Shown in pieces: positions 26,074 to 40,473 of a stretch of DNA of 49,476 bases. The notes beneath the pieces were generated by a model. That model searched no databases. It was not told the DNA's origin and saw nothing but the letters and a program-made list of their open reading frames with translations. The stretch is taken from NCBI GenBank assembly GCA_000320545.1, contig ADNK01001670.1, forward strand, positions 1 to 49,476, in the 5' to 3' direction. The stretch's first letter is position 1. The number at the start of each line of letters is the position of its first letter. The position numbers and the translations under genes are program-made. Source of the stretch: Bigelowiella natans CCMP2755. Lineage: Eukaryota; Protista; Cercozoa.

Positions 26074-29000
26074 TAATAGAGAAAACGAATAAGAGAGAAA
26101 AATAAGGAAGGAGGAAAAGGATGGCAGAGAATGATAGCAGTCATACAACTATGAGCATGACAATAGATTAATCCTCTAAATACGATCAAAGAAGTACCAA
26201 TCGTTGCAACAACAGCCTAAGATTTAATCTGTGCTCTAACCATTCTTTTGTCTACCCTACAGTGTATTCAACTTCCAAACTCTCGCAATATCGACGAATA
26301 TAAGAGTACTGACAGCATTCATCAACCTCCAATGACACATTCTCGCGTACATATGGTTTCATTTTAGTTTAAGGAATGCCCCCCCCCCCCCCCCCCCCTC
26401 TTTCTCTCTGCGCGCGCGCGCGTGTGTGTATGTGTGTTTCTTCCTGTACGCTACTCGCACAGGATCGTGCTTTCACCGTGATGAGCAACTACTTAGTTGC
26501 ACGGTTATGTACCACAGAAGCTATTGTGAGGGTAAAAAACAATATAATGTGTTATAAATTGTATTTTTATGATATGAAGCTGGGTCAACGGCATCAACTT
26601 GCATGAATTCGATTAGATTGCATCGCTAAGATCATCGTTACTGTTAGCGTTTCTCATTGGCCCTGTTGTCTTACACCTCTGCACGATTATAATCAATGCT
26701 AAGATCTCTAAGCCTATCAAAGTCACTGTGGGCGACTACGACAAGAGAAGAGAGTACCAGCAGTATGCGTGCGAGATTCATCGCACTGGTACCTAATGTC
26801 CTTCGTTCATTCTTTCTTAACCAAAGGACAATCAAAAGCAATTAGAAGCAATTAGAATTGAGCATCAAGCTCCATTTTAATGGATATCTGTCAGACCATT
26901 ATTGTTGCCTCCCCTCTCCCCCCCCCTCATTTTGCATAACGGATATCCGTTCCACGAAGGATCTTCTTTATAATTGTGATTTACCTTGTATTCAGTCGAG
27001 CTTTCTAGCGGAGATTTTTTTGCGACAGTTGAGTTCTCCAAGAAGAACATGAGTGAGCAGGTATTAGCTCCCCTTTATCCTGATCACAGCTTTGATCTCT
27101 TGTGGTAAATGAATTGTGAAAGCCGCTTGGGGGGGGGGGGGGGGGGGGTAAGGGCTAAGAAGACATCATCGTCTCTACATCTAGTACAGCTATTTCACGC
27201 TATTCTCAACTACCACAGTACCAGTACGACTGACACCTCTCAAAATCCACCCAATCATCACTCTGCATGTGATGATCATCACTACTAGTAGAAGCTCAAA
27301 TTGGAGGGATCTGCAGCACAAGAAGGCGGTGTAAACAGCAACCGCAGAAGCAGCCAAAGCAAGGATAGAAGCACTCGCCAATTGTTAGAAAGTCTATCTG
27401 CCTCAAACATCAATACGGAGAACAAAGCAGTAGGCGCATCAAACAAATATGACGAAGGAGATAAGAGGGAGCTAGACGATGATATAGCGGGAACAGCATC
27501 GAGGGAGAGCTGTCTTAAAGAGCTCATTCTCGAGGTAACGATCGTCGAAGGCGCTATTCCTTTATTGTTAACGTGTATAATGTATCTTCATGATGTGAGA
27601 GAACAAGAGAGAGAAAGAAGGGGGGGGGAGAGATCATCGTACGATTACACAGTTGCAGCTCTCCTCGAGGCTATTATGTTGTCGATGATTCCTCGTACAA
27701 TACATGTCAATTCCCCATTCAAATGACCCATCCCCTTATGTCTACTACCCCACTTTATAGCTGGAAAAGAGCCTAAATTTCAACATATCCTCGCTGAAAC
27801 TGTCAGTTTAATTAGAATGATAGACGAGTAGGGGAAGGAGGGGGGGGGGAGGGTTGCAAGTAATGTGTAATCATGGTGGACAACGAACACCGCTAGCTCC
27901 AAGAGATCACTAGATTGCTATAGAAAAGCGAGAGAATATCCGCGTGTAAGAGTGTGTTTGTGTGTGTGCGCGCGCGCGCACGTGTTTTCCATAGGCGTTG
28001 ACAGATGCAGCATTTTAGGCTGTATTGGTAAAATGTAGTATGGCTTGGTTGGATTGATCTTGCATTGGCTTTCGAACAAACACCACAGAAAGATGACGCA
28101 GATGACTCGCTCTGAAAGCAAGCTTTTGGATGAAGCAACGAAGATCTCCTCGTCTTCTCGTGCCTCCGCAACGAAGGATAGTAAAGTCGCTGCGGGAGTG
28201 GACAACAACGATAATGCATGCTCAAAAGACGCTCAGCAGGTAATTTCTACTGCTGCTGCCTTCACCTCTCATGTGAAATAATGCACAGCTATCTTACTTA
28301 TCCTCCTACTGTTTGAAAAGTGTAATATGTATACAACGTGCATCCATTTTGTCCTATGATGCGTTGCATCAGTAGCGCCAAGAATCTACAAAAAATTGGC
28401 AGAGGACCTTCTCTCCTATAATTTTGACATATTTAATGCTGATGTATTATATGCCGTCAAACGAATATTGATCTAGCATCTAAAATACTCTGTTGTTTCC
28501 ACTATATTTCTTCCGTTTTGATCTCTTACACGATCATTCTTCCTCGTTCTCCCGTCACCATATTTCTAAGTCAATCGGTATTTTCCCAGGCGCCTCAAAC
28601 GCTTCCGATATACAATTTCAGAAAGAAGAAATACGCAAAGGCTATCGACGATGTACGTTGTGTTGTTGCGTTGTTGCGAACGTCCTAATATCGGCTTTGC
28701 GTTCTTCGCCATCTTAAATGCACATGTTTTTCCATCTAAGAGCTACGCAGCGAATCTGTTGTGAAAGTGGTGTGTGCAGTTAGTCTGACGCGGCACAATC
28801 GTCATTTCTCTCTTTACCAGATGTACAACGAAGAGAACATCTGTCGGGTTAAGAAGGTGTCCTTTGTGTTCAAAAACCGGCCGCTTGGCTTCCGCATTGA
28901 GGTAGTCATTCTTCTTTCTTCTCATTAATCACATTTGTAAGGCTGCAGAGGAAAGTATGGGAATGCTTTGAACCACTGCCAACATGCCCCTATTATTATC

Positions 29001-29875
29001 ACTACTACTACTACCAATACTACTACTACTTCTGCTGCTGCTGCTGCTGCAACTCGTGCAAGTTAAATTTCCCCCTTGTGGTTCTGCTGTGAGCAGCTTG
29101 CAGGAACCAATGGCCAACCAAAGACGAAGAGGTTCCGTTACATTTGTATTCCGACAACGAACACAGGTAATAGTAATAGCAGCAGGAGCAGAGTAGTAGC
29201 AGGTCTCTGCATCTGCCTGCCTCAGCAGCGAGATGTGTTGTTGGAACAAGATGATGATTTTTGTTGCTCTACTTGTCTTGTCGATGATGCGCTGCTTATC
29301 ACATCAGAGCTACTGAGAAGAGGGATCATTGCTGGCTCAGGCATATTGTCTGTCAACGGCACAGATGTCACACATCCAAGAACCCAACTGAAGTAGTAGC
29401 AGTGCAATATACGAATGGTGTCGTATCAGATTGTAAATAAAAAAATTATTGTGCTGTTGGAGGGAATTTGATCCATATTGAATCGACTCGCTATATTACA
29501 TGTTCCTGTATGCACTGCAGCTCCAGCCCCGTATCACTATTCCTCGCATAAGCAGCGAGAGCAATCGCTGCTCTAACAGGCTTCGTTTCTATATATGTGT
29601 GTTTGTAGATTTCTTGCAACGGAGATCAATAAAAAGAAAAGGGGGCCTGTCAAAATCACATTCGCGGTAGGAAGTTTGCCGTACGTTGCCAACAGCATGA
29701 GCCAATCGTACGATTTGGGAAATAATGTGGCAAGGGAGAGAGGGAGAGATACAGCCATATTTCTTCTGATGGTGGGGGTTCCATGCATTGATAATGGGCA
29801 TGGCATTCATTCCTTCAGGTTATATTGAAGACGACGAATGATGAGGACGATAAGCGGTCTTGTTTGAGTCTCTGA
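25352..29875 (+). CDS. Multi-exon protein with C-terminal PDZ-like domain and CaaX motif
   Basis: Exons give KVSFVFKNRPLGFRIE (carboxylate loop), GIIAGSGILSVNGTDVTH and FLATEINKKKRGPVKITFA. The terminal exon 29819-29875 reads VILKTTNDEDDKRSCLSL*. The start MASFYSNLPF at 25352 and the middle exons are approximate. Confidence 0.65.
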
Positions 29876-29959
29876 CTCTGTCTCCCTGTATCTCAGAACT
29901 TGCGCTTTAATAACTAACAACTAGATTAACCATAAAAAATGTTGAAAGTTGAAAACTTC

Positions 29960-30760
29960 TGCAGATATTAGCTAGATTGTGCCGTACGCTTAGATGACTC
30001 ATTTAAGCAGAACGTGGGAATTTGGAATTTGGGCATCACATTGATGGCCAGTCAGATGTTGCTACGTACATCAAAAAGCGTGCCTGAAAATGTGTCATGG
30101 GTACATCGATGTAGCACACTTGCAGCATCAATAATGATGGTGAGCACATCTCCCTGGATGTGCGCATCGCATGCTAGCATGGGCAGTCCTTCAGTGGGAA
30201 GACACCTGCATGTTTGCATGTTTAGATGTGATGAACATGCACAGTATGGCAGGCACACAGAGCTAGAGAGGTGGCATGTTCATTGATGATGATCTGAATT
30301 TTTTTTCGTTCCAACGGCGATGAGCTCATCGATGCTGTCTCTAGCTGTGACAACATGTGCATTTTTTGGCAGTATAGAAACTGCTTGTCACGTGAAGGCC
30401 AGAAAGGCACTGTTGTTTGCAACTTCGCAGCAGTGCGCTGCATCCGCACTGCTTGCATTTGAATGTGCGCTTCGATCAATTATTGTCTCTAGCTAGTTAG
30501 TTCGTTGCCAGCTCATTGTGCAAACATGGCACGCGCAGCGCGTTGTGTTATCAGTGTTGCGTTTAGAAGTGCGCGCACAATGAAATCCAAAATGTCTTTT
30601 TGTTGTCGTGCTGGCTAGCGCTAGAGCGGGGCAGATGTTGCACAAGCGCACATGAGCATGCCAGCTGTTTTATTTCCCTATGTAGCCACCATTCCATGTC
30701 CGCACCGGACCCAATATCGTTGAGCCAACAATGATGCAATGAGCCAAAGACGCGTCAATG
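29960..30760. pseudogene. CTAG/TGCA/CATG-rich island in convergent spacer 3, containing a probable decayed reading frame
   Basis: The - frame 30477-29968 has three internal stops, all TGA; dense tgca/catg/gctagc. Confidence 0.5.
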
Positions 30761-31178
30761 TGAATAATCTTCTCTTGTTTTTCGTTGCTAATTATTGCAC
30801 TTTATTATTTTTAATCTTCATTCTTCACGCATTTAAACCAAAAAAATAAGCATTGCATGCAAACCATCAGCTCCTATCGCATTTTGTTTCTGTAGGAGAC
30901 GCGGATACCAGCCATCACGAGTAACTTTGGCCATTCAAAGCACCACTTGCAATGTACATAGGCAGCAACAACAGAACATTCAACAGCATCTGCCACGATG
31001 CACAGCAATGGCAATCTTCATTTTAGAAGACTCTCAAAAAGTTCGCACGAGCAATTTCTCATCACTACTCCACAAATTCCACAGGATTTGGAATGGGACG
31101 AAGGCCAACAAACTGATGGCTTAAAACTATTTATTTCCATATCTCCCACAGCCATGGCCTTCAGTTCAATTGTTATTG

Positions 31179-32737
31179 TTATTCCTCGAGAGCTGGTGCT
31201 TCCATCGCCGTCATCCCCTTTTGCTGCTCACCTCTTTCTTCAGTGCCGTTATTCCACCCCGCATTGCTACCACTACCCCGATGACCGGTCCATGAAGATC
31301 TTTCTCCTCTCCTCCCCCCCCCTCTTCCTCGAGCTCCTTCTATTCTTCGTCTCTTCCTTATGAAAAAGTGCTGTATACAAGATAACCCATATCGGCATTT
31401 ATTCATGAGACTCAAAACCTTCTGACAAAGATTGGGAAAGGGGGGGGGGGGGGGGGGGGGATGTGGCTGTGGATATTGTGATGATGAATGAGTCAATTAC
31501 CTCCTCAGGAAACTCCTCCTCTCTCTCTGAAACTATCTGACTGCCCTTCATGAGCACGACTTGACGGGTTGCCATGTTTTCGACGTGATATCGTCTCTGA
31601 AAGCAGTTGTCATCATTATCAATATCCCTGCCTCTCGCAATCGCCATTGTCATCAGTTCTCACTCATCACCCTCGCCACACACACCTCATCATCCAAGCC
31701 GTACGACGTCGCTACGATAGTGCCCGTGTCCCCTAAAAACACCGTCAAGTAGCGAACACACACATGATGTTTAAAAAATTGGAAAAACAAAAAAAATCGA
31801 TTCTCAGCCTTACGACGATGATGCGATGTATTTACGACGGCTGTGGTAGGACGAAACACACACACACACAGACACAGACACACACAAACCTTCCCTCATT
31901 CCACGGGAATTCCGTATTGCGACAACGCTCTCGCCCTTTTCAAGATCGTCCTTGCGGACCTTTCGAGTATGAGCAAGAGTTAGTTAGAGTGTACGTTCGT
32001 GGAGAGTTTAAAGTTCTGTTTTTCAGAGGAATAGCAGTAGGTTCTCATTGTAGCTAAGAAGCAAGCTTGCTAGCAGAATAGCACCCCAAATCCTGGAACA
32101 AAGCGGGCCTGCTCGCCAGAGCGCCTGAACTCCATTCTTTCTTCAACTGATCAATGTGAAAACGACAAAACGAGAGGTGAGGGTGTGTTTCCCCCCTCCT
32201 CACAGCTTGGAGGAAGCAGAATGCGAGGAGCTGCATGGGACATGTTGTCAAATGCTGTACATTTTATAATATCGTCAAGCGCTTCTGGAGCATTATCACG
32301 CGATGTGTCACCGCCTCGCCATTGTCTTTGGGCATGGCCAAATAATCTCCTTTTGTATGAAGCAGGAGGACGATAGGAGCTGCCACCGGCTCTGCTGTCT
32401 CCGTATCGCCTGAATTTGGAGTTGGGAGGTGGGTGGGTGGGTGGGTGGGGGGCAGATTCAGCAGAAGAATGCAAGGACAGAGAAAGCAAAGTACTACTGA
32501 TACGTGTTGATGTGATGTGCTTATGGTGTCAATCAATGAAGGCAATGGTGTTCAATGACTATCGATGATTGATAGATCACCTCCTCCCTTGCATTGACCC
32601 GTATATTCCTCTTTTACCACTGTAATTATTATGCATCATTCGAGTTAGTCATAACGGCATTGAAGTCGAAGTAGTAACACGAATCCGATCATCGCAACAT
32701 CATCATCCAGTGATGTTCCCAGAGGGGTTGCCCCAGC

Positions 32738-32777
<40 letters not shown>

Positions 32778-32846
32778 GTGCGTGCGTGTGTAATATGGTT
32801 TTGGATGTGTTTCATAACTGGTATACATACCCACACCAGCACACAA

Positions 32847-32893
<47 letters not shown>

Positions 32894-35800
32894 CTATCTT
32901 TGTAATAAGGGCGTGGCATAGAGACGATGGTAAGCAAGAGATGTTAACCTGCTTCCTCTTCCTTGAATACCGCTGCCTCTCCTCACCCTACCACCACCAG
33001 CAGCAGCAGCAGCACCCCGTCCCCCACCGGAATAATCCTTTTTCACTGGGAACACCTCGTCCGCAGATACCCAGAAGCGTGCCCCACGGAAGCTGATGAG
33101 ATACTCCTTCCGCAGCGTGTAGGTGACATTTCGCCAAGATCCGTTGATGAAGAACTCCCCAGCGTCAAAAGCGTAGGCCGCTTTCGCATCATCCACGCCA
33201 TCACGACGACTCAACGCCGCGTTCCTGGCCTCATCTGTAGCACCACCGGCACTGTCCCTCGTCGTGTTTGATCTGATTTGGTCGCCGCCGCTCTCCCCTC
33301 CCCCGTCCATCTCCACGTCCATATCTTGCGGCGGGTTGCTCGGTTGGGGTGAAGAAACGGCAGGTCTTAGCGGAATGGCCTTTGATTCGTAGAAAAGCGT
33401 GCGATTGTCCGGAGCTAAGCCTAGAACGGATGAGGCGGATCGCTCGCCGCGACCGAGGCTCCTCACCAGCTGTGGCACGGTTGCGTTGTAGCGTTTTCTC
33501 ACCGTAATCTTGTGAAACATCGAGCGGATCATCTCTTTCCTCTTAATCTTGTAATCATCGTCGCCATCATCATCACCATTCTTACCATCAGCATCGTGTT
33601 TTGTTGGTGCCAATGAAGAATACTCGGTGGCATTAGTATTATTCTGTTGTGCTACTGTTGCTGCTGCGGCGTGCGCCGTATTGGTGTTGTTTTCCCAGAG
33701 CAGCTGGACGAGATCGGGTTCTGTAATTCGGCGCTTGATGAGTATGTGAGTCCCATTGATGGCGGATATGTTGGCGAAGTTGATCGGTGCCGTCTTAATG
33801 CGAACGTCCTTAATGCGCCCACGCACACGAATACGCATCAGCGCTCCACAAGACAGCTTCAGAGAAGCGGTGGAATATGGTGATGAAGCTGGCGACCTTG
33901 CCGTCCGTTCCCCTCCCTTCGTCGAGGTATTTTTGATACTACTGCCACTACCACCGTGAGTGGCATTATTACTCCTCGGCTGACGTCCAAGGCGCTCCCT
34001 GTCCTCGTCCGTTAGGATCTTCTCAGCTATCACCACAGAGTCGTTACGCAGTGCAAAGATGTCGGGAAGCCGTGTCACCACCTGCGCGTTGAAGGGAATC
34101 TCAGACTGCAGAGAGATGAGATCCCTATGCCGCTGCACCAGCGATCTGTTCAGAAGGTTCAACGCCTTTAGATGCTCCCAGGACACGTTGGAGACCGCTG
34201 AGAACCGTTGCCGGTTGTGAACGACTCTTAAGAATTTCACGGTGGTTTTCTCCCTGGCCTCTCTCCTCTCCAGCTCGTGTGTGAGCTGAAGTTGCACCTT
34301 GGCGGCGTCCGTGCTATCTCCTTTGCCGCCGTCGTGTTGTTGAAGAAGGAGATTGTACTGCTGGTCCATCGACAGCGATGATGATGGTGCAAACAGTGCG
34401 TCTTGGCTGGTAGCGAAAGTGGGGTCGCCGTAGGTGCTGTTAAAGCTGCTACTGATGTTGTTGTTATTGTTGTTGTTGTGTGGAGTGCCCTGGCTGTAAA
34501 TGCTTCCGTTTTCGGTGGGGGGGCGCATCGCCATCAGGCGATTTTCGAGGTTGTACCGGAGAGATTTCTTATTAATTCCTAGCCCAAAATTGAAGATTTC
34601 GTCAACGGTAATACTACTGCCATTTGTTGCGTTATTATCGTTTCTCTGGTCGTTTCCAATGGATGATGACGGCGGTCCCATTCCTTGTAACTGAGGCAAA
34701 GAAAAAATTTCACTGCGGCCAAGTGTTGTTTCTTTGCCCCCACTACTATCCCCTATTCCGTTTTGGCTCTTATCTTCCAATTTTCTTATAAATTCATCGA
34801 ATTTTGCGTCGGAATTGCGAATTTCTGCGAGGGAGTAAGAGTCTGGTAGAGGGATGGGAGGTGGCAGCTGCTCTCCATCTAGACTGAGCCTACGGATATA
34901 ATAGTAATGGCAGCAAGAAAGAAAATATAGCAAGTGGGAGGAGGGAGAAGAATATCATTGGGGACTGTGGCGAGTGACGAATCTCTAGGCAGCCTTTTAT
35001 GATAGCTACAGTCGTGAGAAATCAAGATACTATTTTGGGGGGGGTTGGTACTTTTGGTAATAATACCTGTTGTTGTATCGACCGGTTGATGCCGACTTAA
35101 GAGTATTCGACAGCTGGAGGAGATTTGGTAACGACGACAAGTGCGAATCCTCGGCATTAATCCCAATTGCTGCTGGTGCACCACCCGTTGCTGCAGCCGC
35201 TCTCTGATTCCGTCCTTCCATATCTACGTCTGCATGGGCAGGATTGCGTCCTCCTTCACCGTGGTGTCGTTGTAGGGGCGGGGGGGAGATCGAGGCTAAG
35301 ATACTTCGACCTCCTCCTCCACCTTCACTTTGCTCTCCGTGTGCTCCTTGTGGGAACGTTGGAGTAGCAGTGCCCGTCTGTCCGCCGTCCATGGCAAGGT
35401 GTCTTGAAGGAAATCGCTCATCTTCTCGGTGATGCTCCCTCTCGCCACTTCGAAATGTCGACCCTCTGCAACATAGAACAGAACAAAGGCGCGATTAATT
35501 AAATGCGAAGAAAACTTCCAAGGATTACTTGGAAAATAGATGATATGCGAACTCAATGACTGGGTTGAATAGTTGGACATTTTAACCATAATTACACTTA
35601 AGTAGACCTTTGTCGCGTTCGGGAGAAATCACGATGTCGTGGAAGAAAATTTCGTCGTGGGATTGTTTTACTTTGATAGCCTGGATTGCCGTTGCCATCA
35701 CGCTGCTCATTCCCCCCCCTGCGTTCACTGGCATCACGATTGTTGGTGCGAGCATACCTGCTGCTTCGAGTGGGGGTTTTATATCTGCGATCGTCGTCAT

Positions 35801-36445
35801 ATTCTCTCAAAGGCTGTCGGTACTGGGAATACCGTGAGTTTCCTCCCCTGTTATCCCGAGAGTATCTTGGCCTTGAGCCACGATCATCAACATCGCCTCT
35901 CCGTTGGTTCCTGACCCTGCCTCTGCGGTAGTATTCTGGATATTGAAAAATAATAACGGGGAGGTTTCAGATTACTCAGCAGAAGACTTACTAATTATTT
36001 GTATTATGTAGTAACCTGTCCTACGCGTGCGCAATTGAGACCGAGAACGGGAAGAGCGTCTTGCGTAAGGTGAATCTGCCAACAATCCAAGGACAAATCA
36101 GCAGTTTTCTCTCAGAAATTCTCTCAATACGGTACCTCTTCGTGATTCCGAAGACGAGGACCTAGACAAAGGTGGAAGATGGAGCTTCGATTCCTGGCTA
36201 GATGATTTCGTCCCTAGAAAATAAAGATATAAACAAACAATGCGAACTCCCACTTGTTCAACACCACGGCTTTGTATACCTCTGTCCTCGAATGATCCAA
36301 CACTGCTAGAGGACCCAGAAATTAGTGGATACTTTTTGTCAGGTTTGCCCACGGCTGCCGTTAGTCCCAATATGAGTAGAGCCGCTAACATCCACTCCAG
36401 CAGCATTCCTCCCCGTCGGTCTGCGGAGCCCCCTTGGGGCGCCAT
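31179..36445 (-). CDS. Large hypothetical protein with signal-peptide-like N-terminus, R/G-rich segments and possible SH3/KOW-like beta-barrels
   Basis: First exon MAPQGGSADRRGGMLLEWMLAALLILGLTAAVG; 679-codon open frame at 32894-34933; later exons KGESVVAIRNSRG, VFLGDTGTIVATSYG and RRYHVENMATRQVVLMKGSQI. The 3' end is uncertain (~31000-31400). Confidence 0.6.
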
Positions 36446-36803
36446 TGTATTGGAACACCAGAAGTGGGAACTTCCAGATCTCCAACTTCATCCATATTCC
36501 TTCTCGGCAAGACTGTTTTAACTGGTTTAATTATTCGGTGATTTTTTCGCGGGAAAACGTGCGAGTCACACTGATGATGAGAGATGAAGAAGCACTGCAG
36601 TAGGATACTCCTGGCGAAACCCATTCACACCAAAAATTAGAGATCAGGAATCTCCAAATTTCGAGTCTCGCTTTGGGGCGTACCATCATTTTTTGATTTC
36701 TGAATTTTACAAGGCGGATAATCTCCTAAAACCATCCTCATCTATATTGCACACTTTATACATTTAAGTCTGAAAAAAAATAACGCATCGGGAGTCATCG
36801 GAG

Positions 36804-39800
36804 ATGAGCGAGGTTGACTGATCTGTCCCTCTTCTCCTAACCCTTTCCCAAATCTAGCCTTGCCACAACAGCCATACCGTTCATTTTTGCACATTAACTT
36901 CTAAATCATTCTTAATCTGAAGCCGAACACGTAAAAGTGGATTTTGACACGATTCGGGATGATATCTTCTCGTTTTTTTGGATCATCTAACGAATTTCAT
37001 GCTTCTCTCTCCAGATAAAAGCCCCCGAGGCAAAGAAGCAAAACGGTGGGAAATGCGATGTTGATGTTATCTCATATCAAATCGGAAGGTCCGGAATATC
37101 GGATAAAAGCGACAAGGAGAGGGCAGCCGCAGGACCACTGGAAATCGACTCAGAAGCTGCAAAATACATCACTAAACCGAACTGTAAGTTAACTTAGATA
37201 ACTTTGAATATTTCGAAAAAGTGTTTTTGGAAATACAATATCTCTGCGGAACTCTTATCTTATCCAGATTTGTAAATTGTAGTGAAAGAAAAACCTGTTT
37301 ATCGAATGGAACTCGCGACCTGGCTTTCGATGCGGCAGTTCTTCCTTATTCGAGGTTGGTGAACCTGTGAGTATTGTTGTGTAACATGCAGTATAGCCAC
37401 TTATGTTCCGATATTGATGCAAGGGACACTATCTCAATTTTTGTCGTTGCATAGGTTGGAAGGAGTGGAACCCCAAGGATGGTAGGATCGATCAGAATAT
37501 TATGCTCGCGTCTGCTACTTGTTTCAAATCTTACGATGTATTGATATTCATCAGGAAATACGTGGAATCTGTACTGGCGTGAAAATCGCGTGGGGGCCTT
37601 TGTTATTAAGAACTGCTTCAAATGCCAGCGGATCAACAAATTTAGAGATTCGAACGGCATCACCTTAAAGGTTGGCAAGCGAGTCAGATAAGATATCATA
37701 TGGAAGTAAAAAGCAATTCCACCCATTTGTAGGACTTACTTGCACTGCGCATGAGCGATATGAGAGAGAAACATGGCTCAATCTTCGACTTCGTTCCCCG
37801 CACCTGGGTTCTCCCTGACCAGGAAGAAGACCTGGCAGCTCATGTCGAAAAGAGGTAGCGTAGCATTCATACAAGTACACTTTTAGAAAGAAAGGAGGGT
37901 AAAATAAGATGCTCAGCAGCTGCTACTCCTCATAATGACATATTTTTTAAAGTAGCAGTAATGGGAAGAAGCTTTATATTTGCAAGCCGGCGCGCCTAAG
38001 CCGAGGCCGCAACATCTTTCTATTCAAGAAATTTAAGGAAATGAAGACTAGGATTGATGAAGCGTCTCAATACTTCAGCTCACTCACAAAGGAGCAAAAA
38101 GAGGTTGGGAATGGGATGTTGCGAAGCCCTTATTTCGTTTGAAACAAGTGCGATACGTACCTATGCGTCAGTGCGGTGGTGGTGAATGCATGTGTGCATG
38201 TGTGCATGTGCGTTTATATTTGATGAAGCTTAACGAACTGCAATGTCCCTTCTGGAACTTTCCTATCATTATCTTAAGGTGGAACATTGGGTGGCGCAAG
38301 AATATCTGTACAATCCTTTCCTCATTTCCGGGTATGGTGCCCCAACAAGGAAGAAAGAGGAAGGAGCTCGATATTTAAAATAAATGGCACTACCCATAAC
38401 GAAAAAGAAAATCATCATTTTCAATGGGAACATCACGTTCAGATAGTGATAGCTGAGGATTATATATATAACTGCGTGAGAGCAAGTACAGTGGAGTTGG
38501 TTAAATTGGAGAGTGGTAGGAAGGTGAAGATTAGACGCAACTCACAGCTTTGTTTCTAAGATGTTTTCCTACAGGTATAAGTTTGACCTGCGGCTGTATG
38601 TGCTGGTGACAAGCCTGTGGCCTCTTCAAGCGTTCATTTATAAGCGCGGGTTCTCTATATCTTTGCCCATAGAAATAAATATGATGTATTTTCCATCGCT
38701 GCTGTGTCTATCGTTTTCGCCGTCAGTTAATATGATCATATCAAATGCTGCACCAATCGTCATCACCCTCCTCATCATTAACGTTAACACTATCACCATT
38801 ATCGTCTAAATGGTGCTTTCGATGCTGCAATCAGACTAGTTCGATTCGCAACAAGCAAGTACGATCTTGATGCCTCCGGCGATCTATTTAAACATTTAAC
38901 CAACTCCTCCATTAACAAAGGTTGTAGAAATAATATAGTAGGAGTAGCGGTCGTAGCGGTTCTTTTCACAATCCAGCGACATTTTCGAAACGTCCCTGTA
39001 TACAGACAGCGAGAGTCTCCATTCGGAGAAGGGCGTTGTCGGAAAGGGGTGCAAATGGAGGCTGCAGAAGTTGATGAAGGTAGATCGTGGTGCGACAGAA
39101 TCCTGTGATTATCGTGATATTTGGAGAGAAGATAGGAAAATCACATGTGTGTTGTAACAATGACAATCAGTCAACGCAGTTCCGCATGTTCGTTCGTGTT
39201 TCTGACGACCTTTTCGACGTGTTTTGTTGTTATTTAGTATCTCAAGGATGAATGTGGGAGAGACACCGATCTTCTATGGAAACAGATAAAGGAGACCGTC
39301 CTCCTCACCTTGCTCCCTATGGTCACCATCATCATCATCATTCATCATCATCATTATCATCGGCATGCATTCAAAAGAGGAGGGTCCGATACGTCTCAAT
39401 CGTGTCAATACATTGGCGCCGTTGTCTTCTGCATTCCATCAGCTGATAATTGAGGCATTCTCACAGACATCCTATGTGTGTAGTTTGCATGTCGTCTCTC
39501 CTCGTCCCTGCTTCATTCATACACATGCACAGGTGGGAACGGTCCCAGCAGATCCGGGGACATTCGAGTACTTCGGATTCGACGTCATGCTTGACGAGAA
39601 CCTTCGGTAAAAACGAAAAACGACAGCAGCAAACCAACAAGTGTACGTACGTACGCCCCTGTGTGTCGAAAGACTTTCGACTTATTATTTCCAAAAATTG
39701 TGTTGGTGAATCTTAGGCCATACGTCATTGAAGTTAACTCAGGCCCGGCGATGTCGGTGGACATGCCTCAAGTACTAAAGCGATGATGGCAATAGCCGCA

Positions 39801-40403
39801 CTGCTGACTCACAACAACTCTTTTTCAATTGCATGCCGTTGTATGGCATTAGATCTGATGAATTAGCTCTTCGTTGCATCAATCGTCATCATCATCATCA
39901 CCATCGTCACCGTCCTCATCATCGTTCGGTTTTTAGCAGACTTTTCTCCTCTGGTTTTCCTCATACTTGCGCATGATAAAATGTGCTTGATACTCTCATC
40001 ATCATCAGGATAAGATCGTCAAGGTGCCGATGGTGGACGACATGTTTAACATGCTTCAGCTTGACAAGATCAATCGCCATCCGCGTGAGCCATTCCCGCA
40101 ATACGCCCGCCGCCGCAGCCGAACAACCAAACGACCGCCTCGCAAAGAAGAGAAGGGAACAGCAGACCAAGAGGAGAGTAATGGAGAGGAGGGGGAGGTC
40201 TTGGGGTATCAGGATCTTGACATAAAACAGAAAGGCGATTGGGATATCATATATGGCTTTAGTGGTTGTAAGAACGGTGATGGTGATGGTCAAGCGCGGG
40301 AGAAAGGAGAAGGGGCTGCTGCTTCACAGGCGGAGACGATGGGGAAGAAACTCGCTAGGAATTACGACACCATTAAGTCATCGGTCTGTATGTGCTGTTT
40401 TTC

Positions 40404-40473
<70 letters not shown>

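Noticed and set aside
30440-30475. RTFKCKQCG on the minus strand, resembling a TnpB/Fanzor zinc finger
   Set aside because: No following DRD.NAA.NI motif and no RuvC motifs; Cys-rich words are expected in TG/CA-rich DNA.
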